Positions 1 through 13,030 of a DNA stretch of 64,000 nt are shown one piece after another. Location of the stretch: the sequence record PQ287320.1. One strand, written 5' to 3'. The translations under genes were made by a program, and so were the position numbers. Under the pieces are notes generated by a model. The model saw only the letters and a list, made by a program, of their open reading frames with translations. It searched no databases and was not told the origin of the DNA. Position 1 is the first letter of the stretch. Every line of letters starts with the position of its first letter.

Positions 1-3000
1 GACCGCCAAGGGCGTCCCCAACGCCGGCGCGATCGCCCGCGACCTGGACACCATCGCCGCCGCCGCCACCCGCGCCTCCAAGGCGATGGCGGACCTCAAG
101 GGCGCGCGCTCGGGCATGGGAGCGATGCGCGGCCCCGGCGGCGGCGGAGGGGTGGTGGGATCACCAGCGGAGCCTCCGGCAACGTCAAGCGCTTCAACGA
201 GGAAGTCTCCAAGGTGAAGGGCCACGCCGAGGCGGCGTCCAAGGGTGTCGACGGGCTGAGCAAGGGCCTGGGCGCCCTGACCGGCCGCTTCAACCTGTCC
301 TATCAGGCGGGCACGCTGTTCTCGGCGATGTTCTCCTCGTTCACCTTCGGCCAACTGGTCAAGGGCATCTACGACACCACGGTCTCGTTCCAGAAGCTGA
401 ACAAGGCCATGCTGTTCGTCACCGGAACCTACGCCGGCGCCAAGGCCGCGACCCAGGACTTCATCGACATTTCGGTCCAGTTGGGCGCGTCGGTCGAGGA
501 CAACGCCGACGCCTACTCGCGCTTCGCCATCTCGTCGGCCGCCGCCGGCCTGAAGCTGGCCGACGTCAACAAAATCTACAAGTCGACCCAACTGGCCCTG
601 ACCGCCGTCGGCGCCAACAGCGAGCAGGTGGGCTACGCCTTCTACGGCCTGTCGCAGGCCATGGCGAAGGGCAAGATTTCGTCCGAAGAGTTCAACCGCC
701 AGATCGGTGAGCAAATCCCCGGCAACGCCCAGGCCGGCGCCCGCGCCCTGTCCAAGCTGACGGGGCAGCAGAAGTCGGTCGCCGACCTGTTCGACGAGAT
801 GCGCAAGGGCACGCTCCAGTCCGCGCCGTTCCTGAAGGCCTGGGCCGACGAGATCAACCGCATGTTCGCGCCCCTCCTCCCGGAGGCTGAGAAGCGCCCT
901 GACTTCCAACTGAACAAGCTCAAGACCGCCTTCTCCCTGTGGAAGAAGGAAGTGGGCCAGTCGCAGTTCATCGGCGCCCTGACCACCCAGTTCAAGAAGC
1001 TCTCGGACATGCTGATCGTGGTCGAGGGCGACCACTATGTCCTGACCGAGCGCGGGCGCAAGCTCGCCGACTCGTTTGGCAAGGGTCTGGCCCAGGCCGT
1101 CAACATCCTCGGCAACGCCCTGGCGTGGCTGGCGGACAATCTCGACAAGGTCGTGGCGGTCGTGAAGGTGATCGGCGCCCTGGCGATCGGCAACGAGTTC
1201 GCCAAGTGGGGCCGGCAGGTCGCCAAGTTCGCCGACAACATGATGGCCGTGAAGACGGCGATCGTCGAGGTCTCGGCCGCCGAGACCGCCGCCCAGGGCA
1301 AGCGCGCCGTCACCAGCAAGGCTGGGGCGGTCAGCGCAGTGTCGAGCGTGGCGGCCGATCGCATGGCGATGGCGACCAACCGCAGCCGTGACGCGGTCAT
1401 GGGCGGAACCTTCGTCGCCAAGGGCGTGGCCCCAGCGATGCGGCAGGCCCCGGCGTTCTCGCAACTGTCCTATCTCACCGGCTCGCCCACCGAGGCCGTG
1501 CGCGGCCGGGCGACGTTCGGCCAGCGCCAGCCCTATCTCGGCAACGCCACCTTCGACGCGCGTCCGAGCGCCCGCGCCGCCGGCGGCCTGCTGGGCGCGA
1601 TGGGCGCGGGCGCGGCGACGGCCGCCACCACCGCGTTCGGCGGCCTGCGCAAGGCCATCAACCTCCTGCCCGGCGTGGCGCTCGGCGCGGCCGTCGCCCT
1701 GGCGATCTTCGGCAACAGCCTGACCAAGCTGAACGACAAGGCCGTCACCTACAACAACATCGCCGCCGGCGCCCTGGGAACGGCGGGCGACGAGGTCGGC
1801 AAGGGCATGACCGGCCTCTTCAACGGCATCCGGGGCCTGCTCGGCGCGCAACAGAAGGCCGGTGGCACCGGCGACTGGCTGGTCGACCTGTCGGCCTCGA
1901 TCATCGTGTTCGGCAAGGCCGTCTTCACCCTGGCCTCGACGATCGGCAAGGTCCTGGGCCTGCTGGTCGCCAACACCATCATCCCCTGGATCGAACTGAG
2001 CCAGAAGATCGCCTCGGGCGACATGAAGGGCGCGCTCGGCAAGGGCGGCGAAATCCTCATGGGGCAGTTCGGCAAGGGCAACCGCGAACGCTGGGGCGAA
2101 CTGGCCAAGGAGATCGGCCAGGACTGGGGCAAGGCCCTGGACTACGCCGGCACCCGTCAGTCGATCGTCAACGGCGCCCTGAAGTCGGCCGAAGGCGACA
2201 GCGCCGCCCAGAAGGGGGCGAACGCCGCCGAGAAGATGACCGAGGCGGCGCTGGCCCAGATGAAGGCCGCCGACCAGCAGGCGCTCGCCGCCGCCGACCT
2301 GAAGGACGCCACGGCGAACTTCAAGAAGGACCTGGAGCCGCTCAACTTCAACGACCTGTTCAAGCGCGCCCAGGCCCTGGCCGACGGCAGCTTCGCGCGC
2401 GCCAACGCCTCGGCCCCGAGCGCCATGAGCGCGCCGCCGGCCATGGCGACCCAGCAGACCGCCGCCGCCGTCAAGGCGACCATCGCCACGATGGGCGATC
2501 GCGTGTACGCGACGGCCGGCCAGCACATTGGCCGGACCGAGGCCAAGGATGCGGCGTCCCTGCAAGCCTATTTCAAGGCCAACGGCGTCACCATCGACCC
2601 CAAGAAGCTGGCGTGGTGCGCGGCGTTCGTCAACGCGGTCCTGGCCCAGAACGGTCTCCAGGGCACCGGCGACCTGCGCGCCTCGTCGTTCAAGGACTAC
2701 GGGTCCGAGGTCTCGCGGGCCGATGCGCGCAAGGGCGACATCGTCGTCCTCAAGCCGGGCACCTCGGGCGGCGGCACCGGGCACGTCGGGTTCCTCGACG
2801 GTTTCGACCGTCACGGCAACGTCCGGGTGCTGGGCGGCAACCAGGGCGACGCGGTCAACGTGTCGACCTTCACCTCCGACCGGGTCGTCTCGTTCCGTCG
2901 CACCGGCTCGGCCGGCGCGTCGGGGGCCGATCCCAGCTTCCTCGGCGGCGCGATCAAGGACGGACAGGGCGACGAGGGCGGCTCGCGCTACGAGCGCCGC

Positions 3001-5863
3001 ATGAACGCCTTCAAGGCGCTCGGCACCATCACCGGTCAAGCCTCGCCGGCGGCCGACGCCCTGGCGGACTATCAAGGCAACCTGGAGAAGCTGCGCGACA
3101 TCATCGTCTCGGAAGAGAAGCTGATGAAGGACGTGGGCGCCGGCGGCGAGTCGTTCTTCAACAAGACCAACCTCGAAGCCCTGGTCGCGGCCCAGAAGAA
3201 GTGGAACCGCTCGATCGTCGAGGCCCTGAACCCGATCGCCAAGGAAGCCCGGACCATGTCCGAGGCCAATGACGTCCTCGATCTGCGGGTCAAGGGTCTG
3301 ACGCAGGAAGCCGACTGGCAAGAGCGGCTGACCGAGCTTCGCAACTCGGGCCTGAACGTTGACCTGATGCAGGACGAGGCCAAGTGGACCCAGTACCTGA
3401 ACGAGTTGAAGAAGCAGGGCCTGGAGATCGACGTCAAGGCGCTGCAACTGAAGCCGGACGAACTGCGCTACCAGCAGGGTCGCACCGAAGCCCTCCAGGC
3501 TGAACTCGATCTGACCAAGGCGCTGAACGACGCCAAGCAGGCGAACATCGCCCGCACCGGCTCCAGCTACGACCGCACCCTGGCGGGGCTGATCGGCGGC
3601 AAGGCCAAGGACGGCGAGTCCTTCGACCAGACGCGTCAGCGGCTGGCCGGCTCGGTCGGCAGCGACGGCCGTAACGCGCTGGAGGCTCTGCAAGAGACCG
3701 CCGGCGTGATGGAAAGCTCGCGCATGGCCGACGTCAAGGCCAACATGAAGTCCCAGCTTGGGATCATGCAGGAGAGCGCGCGCCTCAACAGCACCCAGCG
3801 CGGCATCTACGAGGACTATCGCAACATCCTGGGCGAACTGCTCAACAAGCAGGGCGCGTCGCTGAAGGAACTGCTGGACTCGGCCGACGAGGAGACCAAG
3901 AAGCTCGCCCAGTCGTTCGTCCAGGCCAAGCAGGACTTCGAGAACCCGCCGGGCTTCCAGAAGTGGGCCGACGCCCTGGAGCCGCTGGACAAGCGCCTCC
4001 AGGACATCAAAGCCCAGTTCATGGACGACCTGGGCGGCGGCATCACCGACGCCCTGCTCGGCGAGGACGTCGACTGGCGCGAGATGCTGCACAACACCTT
4101 CAAGAAGCAGCTTCGCGCCCAGGTCGACGAAGGTCTGAAGAACGTCACCTACTGGCTGACCGGTCAGGACCCCAACGCCCAGGCCGCCAAGACCCCGGAG
4201 GCCCAGGCCCTGGTCTCGGCCGCCGATGTCCAGAAGCAGGCCGGCGACACCCTCCAACAGGCCGCCAACGCCCTGCTCCAGGTCACCCAGGGCGGCGCGC
4301 CGGGCATGATGCCGGGCGCTCCGGGAACCATGCCGAACGGCATGCCCTCGGCCGTCACGCCCGGCATGACGCCGCTGCAAGGCCTCGCCGCGCAGGGGAT
4401 CAACAGCGCCGTCCAGGGCGTCGGTTCGCTGATCGGGGGTGATCCGACCCAGCACCAGGGCGCGCGCAGCTTCGGCCAGCGCGTGGGCGGCATCCTGTCG
4501 AGCGTCGGCAGCATGTTTGGCTTCGGCGGCGGCCGTCCCACGGCCATCGCGCCCGGCGGGCTGGGCGCCATCGGTCAGACCCAGACCTCGGGCGGCGTCC
4601 TGGGGCTCTGGGCGCGGCGTTCGGCCTGACCGGCATGCAGAAGACCTCGACCATGGTCGGTGGCACCTCGGCGGCTGGTGGCTCGACGGCGATCTCCGAC
4701 GCCCTCACCATGGGCGGCGACCTGTCGCGCAACGCCGGCATGACCAACGCCTTGCAGATCGGCAGCGCCACCATCTCGGTCGGCAACGCCACGATCAACG
4801 GCGGCGGCATGGGGGTGGTGCGGGCGGTGGAGCCCCGGCGGCATGGCGGGCGGCGGCATGGGGCCATGGGCGGCCCCGGCCTGGGCGGGCTGCTCGGCAA
4901 CCTCAACACCAGCACCGTCGGCGTCGGCGACGCCATGCTGAGCCCCTTCACCATGGACGGCTCGGGCGGTCCCGGCTTCATGCCGGCTGGCTCGGGCCTG
5001 ATGGGGCTGCTGGGTGGTGGCGGCGGCTTTGGCGGCGGCGCGGACCTCTCGGGCCTGACCAACACCGCCGTGGGCCTGCCCGACATGCTGAGCGCCTTCA
5101 CCATGGACGGTTCGGGCGGCCCCGGCTTCCAGGCGGCGGGCGCGGCGCTTCAAGGCCTGAACATCACCCCGTTCGGCGGTGGCGGCGGCCTGGGCGGGTT
5201 CTTCTCCTCGTTCGGCCCGATGTTGCAAGGCGCCATGTCGTTCGCCGGACCGCTGCTGGGCGCGCTGATGACCGGCAAGAAGGGCGGCCCCAAGCCCCGA
5301 CGACCTACCGCACGCCCAACGGCGTCTTCGGTCAGGCCAGCCAGAACACCGTCACCGGTCGCCTGCTTGGCCCGCGCAAGAACATCTTCGGCGAGATCGC
5401 CAACCTCGCCATGCAGTTCTTCACCGGCGGCATGGGCGGCGGCGGGCCGATGGGACTGATGAACATGTTCGGCGGCGCCGGCGGCGGCCCGATGAGCATG
5501 ATGGGCTTCAAGGAAGGCGGCCTGACCGGCTCGCCGGTCAACAGCTACACCGTCTCCTCGCTGGGATCGATGTTCGCCAACGCCCCGCATTATGCTGAAG
5601 GCACGCAGAACACCAAGCTGGCCAACGGCGGCATGCCGGCGATCGTCCACCCGGACGAAGCGGTGATCCCGCTGTCGCGCGGTCGTGAGGTCCCGGTCAA
5701 GCTGAACGGCGCCGCCGGCGGCCACTCGACGACGGTCATCTCCCCGATCACCGTCTACGCCAACGACGCCGACAGCTTCCGCCCGGCCCAGAACCAGATC
5801 GCCCGCAAGCAGAACCGCACCCTGCGCCGCGCGGCCCTCCGGAACGCCCAGGGCGTCGGCTAA
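1..5863 (+). CDS. Tail tape measure protein (5' partial; apparent frameshifts near 155, 4620 and 5300)
   Basis: The 1471-aa Ala/Gly-rich ORF 214-4629 has the tape-measure N-terminal motif (YAFYGLSQAMAKGKISSEEFNRQIGEQIPG) and an internal LAWCAAFV..GHVGF..LGGNQ hydrolase domain. It continues in other frames to a typical TMP C-terminus (FKEGG..AIVHPDEAVIPL) ending at TAA 5863, directly upstream of the distal tail gene. Confidence 0.9.
4934..5129 (+). repeat. 46-nt imperfect direct repeat (150-nt period) in the TMP C-terminal region
   Basis: catgctgagccccttcaccatggacggctcgggcggtcccggcttc (4934-4979) versus catgctgagcgccttcaccatggacggttcgggcggccccggcttc (5084-5129). Confidence 0.85.
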
Positions 5864-5878
5864 GTCACCACGCACGAC

Positions 5879-5895
5879 TGTCGTGAATCTTGACG
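5879..5895 (+). promoter_or_regulatory. Conserved 17-bp pseudo-palindromic operator/-35 element
   Basis: TGTCGTGAATCTTGACG in the gap between the TMP and distal tail genes; the motif recurs more than 10 times in the window. Confidence 0.75.
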
Positions 5896-5946
5896 TCCCT
5901 GGATGAACGTGGCATCCAGGGACACCCCATTCATGGTTAATGCCCG

Positions 5947-6603
5947 ATGCCGAGCTATCCGTTCCACGACGTCCTGTTCCCCGAGACCATCAGCTACGGC
6001 TCCTCGGGCGGCCCGAAGTTCAAGACCACGATCTTCCAGGCCGACAGCGGCTATGAGCAGCGCAACAAGGACTGGAGCGACGTGCGGCACGAGTTCGACG
6101 TCGCCCAGTCGATCCGCTCGACCGAGGACATGGCCGAGCTTCGCGCCTTCTTCATGGCCCGCAACGGCCGCGCCCACGGCTTCCGCTACAAGGACTGGGG
6201 CGACTTCCAGATCAAGAACCAATTGATCGGCGTCGGGGACGGCCTGACCAAGGTGTTCCAGATCGTCAAGACCTACACCAGCGTCGGACAGGGCGGGACC
6301 GAGTTCACCTACACCCGCAACATCCGCAAGCCCAAGTGGGATTCGATCGCCGGCGTCAAGGTCGGGCCGGTCGTCCAGGTCTCGCCGACCAACTACGAGG
6401 TCGACTACGCCACGGGCCTGATGACCTTCGTCACCGCCCCGCCGGCGGACGCCCCGGTGACCATCGGCTACGGCGAGTTCCACGTTCCGGTCCGCTTCGA
6501 CACCGACTTCATGGACGTCACCCAGGAATTCTGGATGCGCGAGACGTGGCCCAACATCCCGATCATCGAAATCCGTGACTGGCAGGAGGTCACCACGCCG
6601 TGA
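5947..6603 (+). CDS. Distal tail protein, GTA-like (DUF2460 / TIGR02217 family)
   Basis: FHDVLFP..ISYGSSGGPKFKTTI..SGYEQRN..W..FF.AR.GRAHGFRYKDW.D..F.VPVRFDTD motifs; position after the TMP. Confidence 0.9.
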   Translation: MPSYPFHDVLFPETISYGSSGGPKFKTTIFQADSGYEQRNKDWSDVRHEFDVAQSIRSTEDMAELRAFFMARNGRAHGFRYKDWGDFQIKNQLIGVGDGLTKVFQIVKTYTSVGQGGTEFTYTRNIRKPKWDSIAGVKVGPVVQVSPTNYEVDYATGLMTFVTAPPADAPVTIGYGEFHVPVRFDTDFMDVTQEFWMRETWPNIPIIEIRDWQEVTTP

Positions 6604-8224
6604 AGAACGTCCCCGAGCAACTGATGGCGCATCTCCAGCAGGAGGTGACGACGCTCGCGACGGTGATCACGATCGTTCGCCAGGACGGCAAGGCGTTCTT
6701 CATGACCGACCATGACCGGCCGATCAAGTTCGAAAACCAGACCTTCGTCCCCTACGACTCCTACCAGCGCACCGCGATCCTGATGTCGTCGGAACTGGAG
6801 GTGGACACCGCCGACATCACCGCCTTCCTGACCTCGGACGGCGTGTCGCGCGACGACGTGGCCTCGGGGCTGTTCGACTACGCCGCGATCAAGGTCCAGT
6901 TGATCAACTACGAAAGCCCCGAGCAGGGCGCGATCCTGCTGCGCAAGGGCACGTTCGGCGAAGTGGTGATGAACCAGGACGAGACCTTCTCGGCCGAAAT
7001 CCGGGGATGACCCAGGTCCTGACCTACCGCGTGGGCGAGTCCTACGCCCCCGAGTGCCGCGCCGACCTGGGCGACAAGCGCTGCAAGATCGGCCTGATGC
7101 CCCAGGAGTGGCAGGGCAACAAGTATTACGCGACCAGCACCTGCGTCCTGGGTGAGGTCGACCCAGCCAATTCGTTCGTCAACCTCGACGTGATCAACTG
7201 GAGCTTCGAGAGCGGCGACCTCAACACCGTGGTCACCGCGCCGGCCGGCTGGGTGGCCTATGGCGATTCGACCAGCCGCTGGGTGTACAAGCACGACTGG
7301 TACAATCTCTCGCGTCCGCAACTGGGCGACAAGTTCATCGCCGCGACCCGCACCTCGATCGACGACAAGCAGGAGGTTGCCGGCATCTTCCAGGACATCA
7401 GCCTCGTCTCGGCCGGCGTCTCCGAAGAGGACCTCGACACCGGGCTCTGCCGCGTGCGCTACAAGTCCTTCGTCGCCTGTCTCAACAACCGCGCCCAATC
7501 GCGCGAGCGCCTGACCTGTATCAAAGCCGACGGCTCGGTCGAGACGATCTGGGACACCGGCGAGAAGAAGTACCCCGAGGATCGCTGGGTCGCGGTCAAC
7601 GCCGACGACGTCCTGATCCCGGCCGGCACGCGCGTCCTGCGCATCGATCTGTGGTCCAAGAAGCGCAACGTCCACGAAGAGGGCGTGGCCTACGACGGGA
7701 TCAAGGCCTCGATCAATCTCCCGGACGGCACCGCCGGCAACGCCGACGTCTACGGCGGCGTGATGTTCAAGTGCATCCAGGCCGGGGTCAGCGGCGACAC
7801 GCCACCGGTCTGGACCAACGAGATCGGCGCCACCTTCACCGACGGGACGGTGATCTGGGAGTGCGTGACCAACTACAAGCGGGTCGGCACGGTCGCGGCG
7901 GTCGATTCCAACAAGTCGTTCACCCCGGACGGGGTGGGCGAGCAGGGCGGCTTCTATGATGGGGGCGTCCTCTACTGGGAGACCGGACGCAACGCCGGCC
8001 GCGCCCAGGAGATCAAGCGCTGGGCCAGCGGGGTCTTCACCCTCTTCCAGCGGACCTACTATCCCATCGAGGAGGGGGACCGCTTCGTCTGCTATCCCGG
8101 CTGCGACAAGCGCCGCACCACCTGCGCCGACAAGTTCAACAACATCCTCAACTTCCGCGCCGAGCCCGACGTGCCCGGCCAGGACATCTACTATCGCACG
8201 CCCAACGCGCCGGAGCAGGAATGA
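6600..8224 (+). CDS. Tail hub/baseplate protein (DUF2163 plus BR0599-type C-terminus; TIGR02218-like); 1-nt break at ~7005
   Basis: N-part TTLATVITIVRQDG..FMTDHDRPI; C-part CRADLGDKRCKI and GCDKRRTTCADKFNNILNFRAEP.VPG. The two ORFs join if one G is added to the gggg run at 7003-7006. Confidence 0.88.
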
Positions 8225-8646
8225 CCCGCGACGACATCGTGACCGAGGCGCGGCGCTACGTCGCGCTCCAGACCCCCTGGCGCCACCGGGGCCGCACCGA
8301 GCGCGGCCTCGACTGCATCGGGCTGGCCGTGATGATCTTCGAGAAGTTCAACCTGGAGTACATGGACCAGGACGGCTACGCCCGCACGCCCGACGGCGAG
8401 AAGTTCGTCGACGTGATCCGCCAGCACATGACGCTGGCCGACCCTACCGCGCTCAAGCCCGGCATGCTCCTGCTGTTCAACGACGACGCCCGGCCCTGCC
8501 ATGTCGGCATCCTGGCCCGCCAGCATGGACGTCTGACCCTGATCCACGCGACCGCCGACAAGAAGCGGACGGTCGAGGAACCCTATGACCGCCGCTATGC
8601 CGCCCGCTTCCGCATGGCCTTCGATTTCCCTGGCGTTGAGGACTAA
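8221..8646 (+). CDS. NlpC/P60 family tail-associated peptidase (TIGR02219-like)
   Basis: TPWRHRGR..GLDCIGL catalytic Cys motif plus HVGI and IHA; canonical position in a GTA-like tail module. Confidence 0.9.
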   Translation: MTRDDIVTEARRYVALQTPWRHRGRTERGLDCIGLAVMIFEKFNLEYMDQDGYARTPDGEKFVDVIRQHMTLADPTALKPGMLLLFNDDARPCHVGILARQHGRLTLIHATADKKRTVEEPYDRRYAARFRMAFDFPGVED

Positions 8647-8648
8647 GT

Positions 8649-11600
8649 ATGGGCGCCGCCATTGCTCTTCCGATCGTCTCGGCCATTGTCAGCACGGCGA
8701 TCAGCTACGTCTTCCCGGACGAAGGTCCGCGCCTGCGCGACGCCAAGGTCTCGGCCTCGACCTACGGCAACGTGATCCCGGAAATCTACGGCACCGCGCG
8801 CGTGGCCGGCAACATGATCTGGTCCAAGCCCTTCACCGAGAAGAAGAAGAAAAAGCGCGCCGGTAAGGGCGGCTCGTACTACAACCAGTACACGTATTTC
8901 TGCGACTTCGCCATGGGGTTCTGCAAGGGGCCGGTGAAGGAAATCCGCCGCCTCTGGGCCGATGGCAAGGTGATCTACGACACCACCGGCGGGTCGGAGG
9001 TGGTCGACAACAACAAGTACCGCTTCCGCTTCTATGCCGGCGACGAGGAGCAGCTTCCCGACAGTCTCGTCTCGGAGGACAAGGGGCTCGACTATGCCCC
9101 GGCCTATCGCGGGCTCTGCTATGTCGTGTTCGACGACTTCGCCCTGGCCGACTTCGGCAACCGCATCCCGCAGATCATGGCCGAGGTCTATGCCGGCGAC
9201 GAGGGTGGCGCGGCGATCATGGACGTCACGCCGCTCTCGGGCGACGTGGCGCCCTCGCCGGTGTCGGGGGCTACCAACTCGATCAGGCGATCATCGACAC
9301 CGACCGGGGCTACTTCTACCTCGTCGACGGCACGGCCGATCCGAAGGGTGGCGTCCTGCGTCGCTTCAAGCTGTCCGACGGCTTCGAGGATCGTCGCGAA
9401 CTCGTCCAGGTCCCGCCGAAAATCTATTCCTTCTACGAGAGTCCCGGCCTGACGGCTGTGCGCGGCCTGACCTCCAAGGGCGAACTCCTCTGCGTGTTCG
9501 GCGGGATCAACAACTACATGCGGATCGAGAAGCTCGATCCCTACTCCTGGGCCTCGCTTGGCTCGCTGGGCGTCAGCCACCCGTTTGGCACCACGCCTGA
9601 AGACAGCCTCCAGTTTTCCAACACGAATTTCAAGACCGGGCGCGACGACAAGGGCAACTACTATACCCTGACGCTGGGCGTGTTCGGCGAGTACAACATC
9701 TTCGACCCCACGACGATGTCGTACATGGGGAAGGGCCAGATGGCGGGCTGGAACGGTCCCGCCACCCCGATGTTCATCACCGCGCGCCAAGGCGGCCCGC
9801 CTACCGCGCGCCGCTTCTACCACGTCACCTATGACGGCGGCCCGACCCTGTCGGTGTGCAGCTTGGGCGAGACGCTCTACAACCACCCGCTGCCGGCCCC
9901 GGCACGCCGGGCGTGACCGGCTGGTGCTTCTGGGACGAAGGCGACCCTGGGGTGGTCTTCTTCTTCTCCGACGCCAACCAGGATCGCTACATCGCCAAGT
10001 GGTCGGAGACCACCGGAACCCTGGCTTGGCAGACCAAGCTCAGCAACGCGCCTTACTGCGGCTACCCCGTCTGGGGCATGGAAGCGCGGATCAAGGACAA
10101 CGAACTCCACTGGGTCTGGGACCAGCGCCTGTTCTCGATCAACACCTCGACGGGCAAGTGGATCGATCGCACCTTCGACCAGGACTTCTACAAGAGCGAC
10201 AACGACAAGACGGCCGATCAGGTCAATGACGGCGAGAAGGGCCTGGAGCTTCCTCGCGTGATCAACGACGACTACATCATCTACGATCCGCGCCGCAACA
10301 TCGTCATCGGCCTGGGAAGCCCGCAGGTCGAAAACGGCATCGTTCACGTCGGCGCCTATACCGGTCAGCGGACCAGCGTCGGGCGCATCGTCGAGCAGCT
10401 TCTGCGCACTACCGGCCAGATGACCTCCAGCGACTTCGACCTGACGCCGCTCTACGACATCCCGGTGCGCGGCTACGGTTACGCGACCTCGACCGACGTC
10501 AAGTCGATCATCTCTGAGTTGCGCAACCTCTTCATGTTCGACCTCGTGGAAAGCGACGGCAAGCTGGTCGCCCGCGTGCGCGGTGATGAGGTCGCCGACG
10601 TCGAAATCCCCTGGCAGATGCTGGGCTCCCAGGGCGGCCCAGCGACGACAAGGCCGATTACTGGAAGGAGACGCGGATGTCGGAATCCGATCTCCCGTCG
10701 GCGATCGACCTGACCTACATGAACATCGACGACGACTACAACCCGTCGACGGCCAAGTCCAAGCGCATCTCCGCCCCGGTGGCGACCATGCTGTCGCGCC
10801 AGCAGGTCAAGACCGAGTGCAACCTCGTCATGGACGCGACGGAGGCCAAGAACCGGGTCAACGTCATGCTCTACACCCAGTGGGACGAGCGCACCCAGCA
10901 CAACACCGCCCTGCCCTGGCGCTACGCCCACCTCGACGCTTCCGACCTGATCTCGGTCACCATGGAGGACGGCCGCAACTATTTCGACCGGATCGGTTCG
11001 ATCGAGTTCGGCGCCGACTTCTCTTCGCGCCTGGAGACCTACGGGACCGACAGCGGCGCCTACCTCTCCGAGAAGGTCGGCGACGGTGGCGGCGCGGGGC
11101 GCCCGACCGTGGTCAACGCCCCCAAGCCGGTCGTGGGCTTCATCATGAACACCCGCTGCTGCGTGACACCCACGACAGCGGCGGCAACTATTCCAACTGG
11201 TATAGCGCCATTGGCGCCGGCGCGCCCGGTCAGTTCTTCGGCGGCACGCTCTACAAGTCCGCCAACAGCCAGGACTATGTCGACCTCTACCAGGAGACCG
11301 AGTCGGCCGAATGGGGCACGGTGATCGGCATCGTCCCGCCGGCCTCGCACGGCTGGTTCGCCCTCGACTGGGAGACCAAGATCACCATCGTGCCGGCGGT
11401 CAGCTTCTTCGAACTGGAGTCGATCACCGACGACGAACTCTGGGAGGGCCAGAACGCCATCATCGTCGGCGAGGAGATCATGCAGTTCCGCGACGCGGTC
11501 GAGAACCCCGACGGGTCCTGGACGATCTGGAACCTGCTGCGCGGCCGGCGCGGGACGCAATATGCCTGCGATACGCACGTCGCCGGCGAGAAGTTCATCT

Positions 11601-12120
11601 TCCTCGACGAGCGGTCGATCGAATTCCAGGCCGAGAACCTCGACACCGCCGGGCTCAACCGCTGGTACAAGGCGGTCGGTTCGGGCATGTCGCTGTTCGA
11701 GGCCGACGCGATCCAGCGCAACTACCAGCCCGCGACCTCATGCCCTACCGCCCGGCCGACATCCGCCGCACGATCGCCGGCGGCGACGTCACGGTGACCT
11801 GGAAGCGCCGCACGCGCTTCACCGCCACCCTGAAGGACGGAACCGGTGAAGTCCCGGTCAACGAAGGGACTGAAGCCTACGAGGCCTATGTGCTGGCCGC
11901 GCCCTTCTCCGGCGACGCATCCCGCCAGGACCCGCCGGCTGCATACCGGCGGAAATACGACCTGACGAGCCCTACGTTCACCTACACGGCGGCCGAGCAG
12001 GCGGCCGACGGATATGACGTGAATCTTGACACTCTCCACGTCGTGATCTATCAGTTGAGTTCGGTTGTCGGTCGGGGCTTCCCCGGCGCGCGCTCGATTG
12101 AGTCCTGGCAGGACTTCTAA
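8649..12120 (+). CDS. Central tail fibre / host-specificity protein (GTA-like tip attachment); several 1-nt breaks
   Basis: STYGNVIPEIYGTARVAGNMIW, PAYRGLCYVVFDDF.LADFGNRIP, FMFDLVESDGKL, GEEIMQF..NLLRGRRGT and TWKRRTR motifs distributed over ORFs 8649-9452, 9458-9916, 9856-10713, 10677-11160, ~11160-11750 and ~11740-12120. Confidence 0.85.
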
Positions 12121-12190
12121 GTCCCCTTTCCACAAATCCGCGATCCTGGCTCCGGCCGGGATCGCCCCTTGTCATAAAAGCCGTGGAACG

Positions 12191-13030
12191 ATGAGCAACA
12201 CGCCGATCCTGAGCATCCCCCAAGTCGCGCCCAACCAGAACCAAAAAGAAGACACCATCAACACCGGCTTCGCGATCCTGGAGGCGGCGCAGAACGACGA
12301 CGTCCAGATCACCGTGACGTCCGGCAACTATAGCGTGACGGCCGACCAGTTCACCAAGGCCTTCGTCCACCGCTACTCGGGTCACGCCGACGCCACCGTG
12401 GTCGCGGTGATCCCCAACACCGCCCGATGGTTCGCCCTCTCGAACGAAGGGGGTTTCGCCATGGGGCTGAAGGTCTTCGGGCAGGTTCCGGTCGTGACCA
12501 TCCAGCCGGGCAAGATCGTCCTCTTCCAGTCGGACGGCACGACGCTGCGGGCGGTGTCCGAGGGCGTCAGCCGCATCTTCGACCTCTCCGACGTCGATGG
12601 CTCCGACACCCCGTCCAACGGGCAGACCCTGGTCTGGAACAGCACCGCCGGCCAGTTCGAGCCGGCCGACCTGCCCGCCGACGTCGACTTCTGGACCACG
12701 GGCACGACGCCTAGCAACGGCGTCGTCCTGCGCAAGCTCTTCCTGCGCCCGGTCCGCTTCCTGGCTGATTTCCTGGGCTCGATCGCCAAGGCGGGTGTCG
12801 CCGCCACGGGATCGGCGGCCTTCACGGTCAAGAAGACCACCGGCGTCACCACCACCACGGTCGGGACCATCACCTTCACCGGGACCACCGCCACCTTCTC
12901 GACCGACGTCGGAGCCGGTGCGGTGACCGTCAACTTCGGGGTCGGCGACATCATGACCATCACCGGCCCGGCCTCCTCCAACTCCGTCGCTGACATCGCT
13001 GCTTCCCTCAAGGGCGTCATCCTGCAATGA
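12191..13030 (+). CDS. Tail fibre protein 1 (DUF2793-like N-terminus)
   Basis: ATG 12191 gives MSNTPILSIPQVAPNQNQKEDTINTGFAILE; contains a fibre-type LFDLSDV..GQTLVWN repeat; translationally coupled (ATGA) to the next gene. Confidence 0.8.
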   Translation: MSNTPILSIPQVAPNQNQKEDTINTGFAILEAAQNDDVQITVTSGNYSVTADQFTKAFVHRYSGHADATVVAVIPNTARWFALSNEGGFAMGLKVFGQVPVVTIQPGKIVLFQSDGTTLRAVSEGVSRIFDLSDVDGSDTPSNGQTLVWNSTAGQFEPADLPADVDFWTTGTTPSNGVVLRKLFLRPVRFLADFLGSIAKAGVAATGSAAFTVKKTTGVTTTTVGTITFTGTTATFSTDVGAGAVTVNFGVGDIMTITGPASSNSVADIAASLKGVILQ

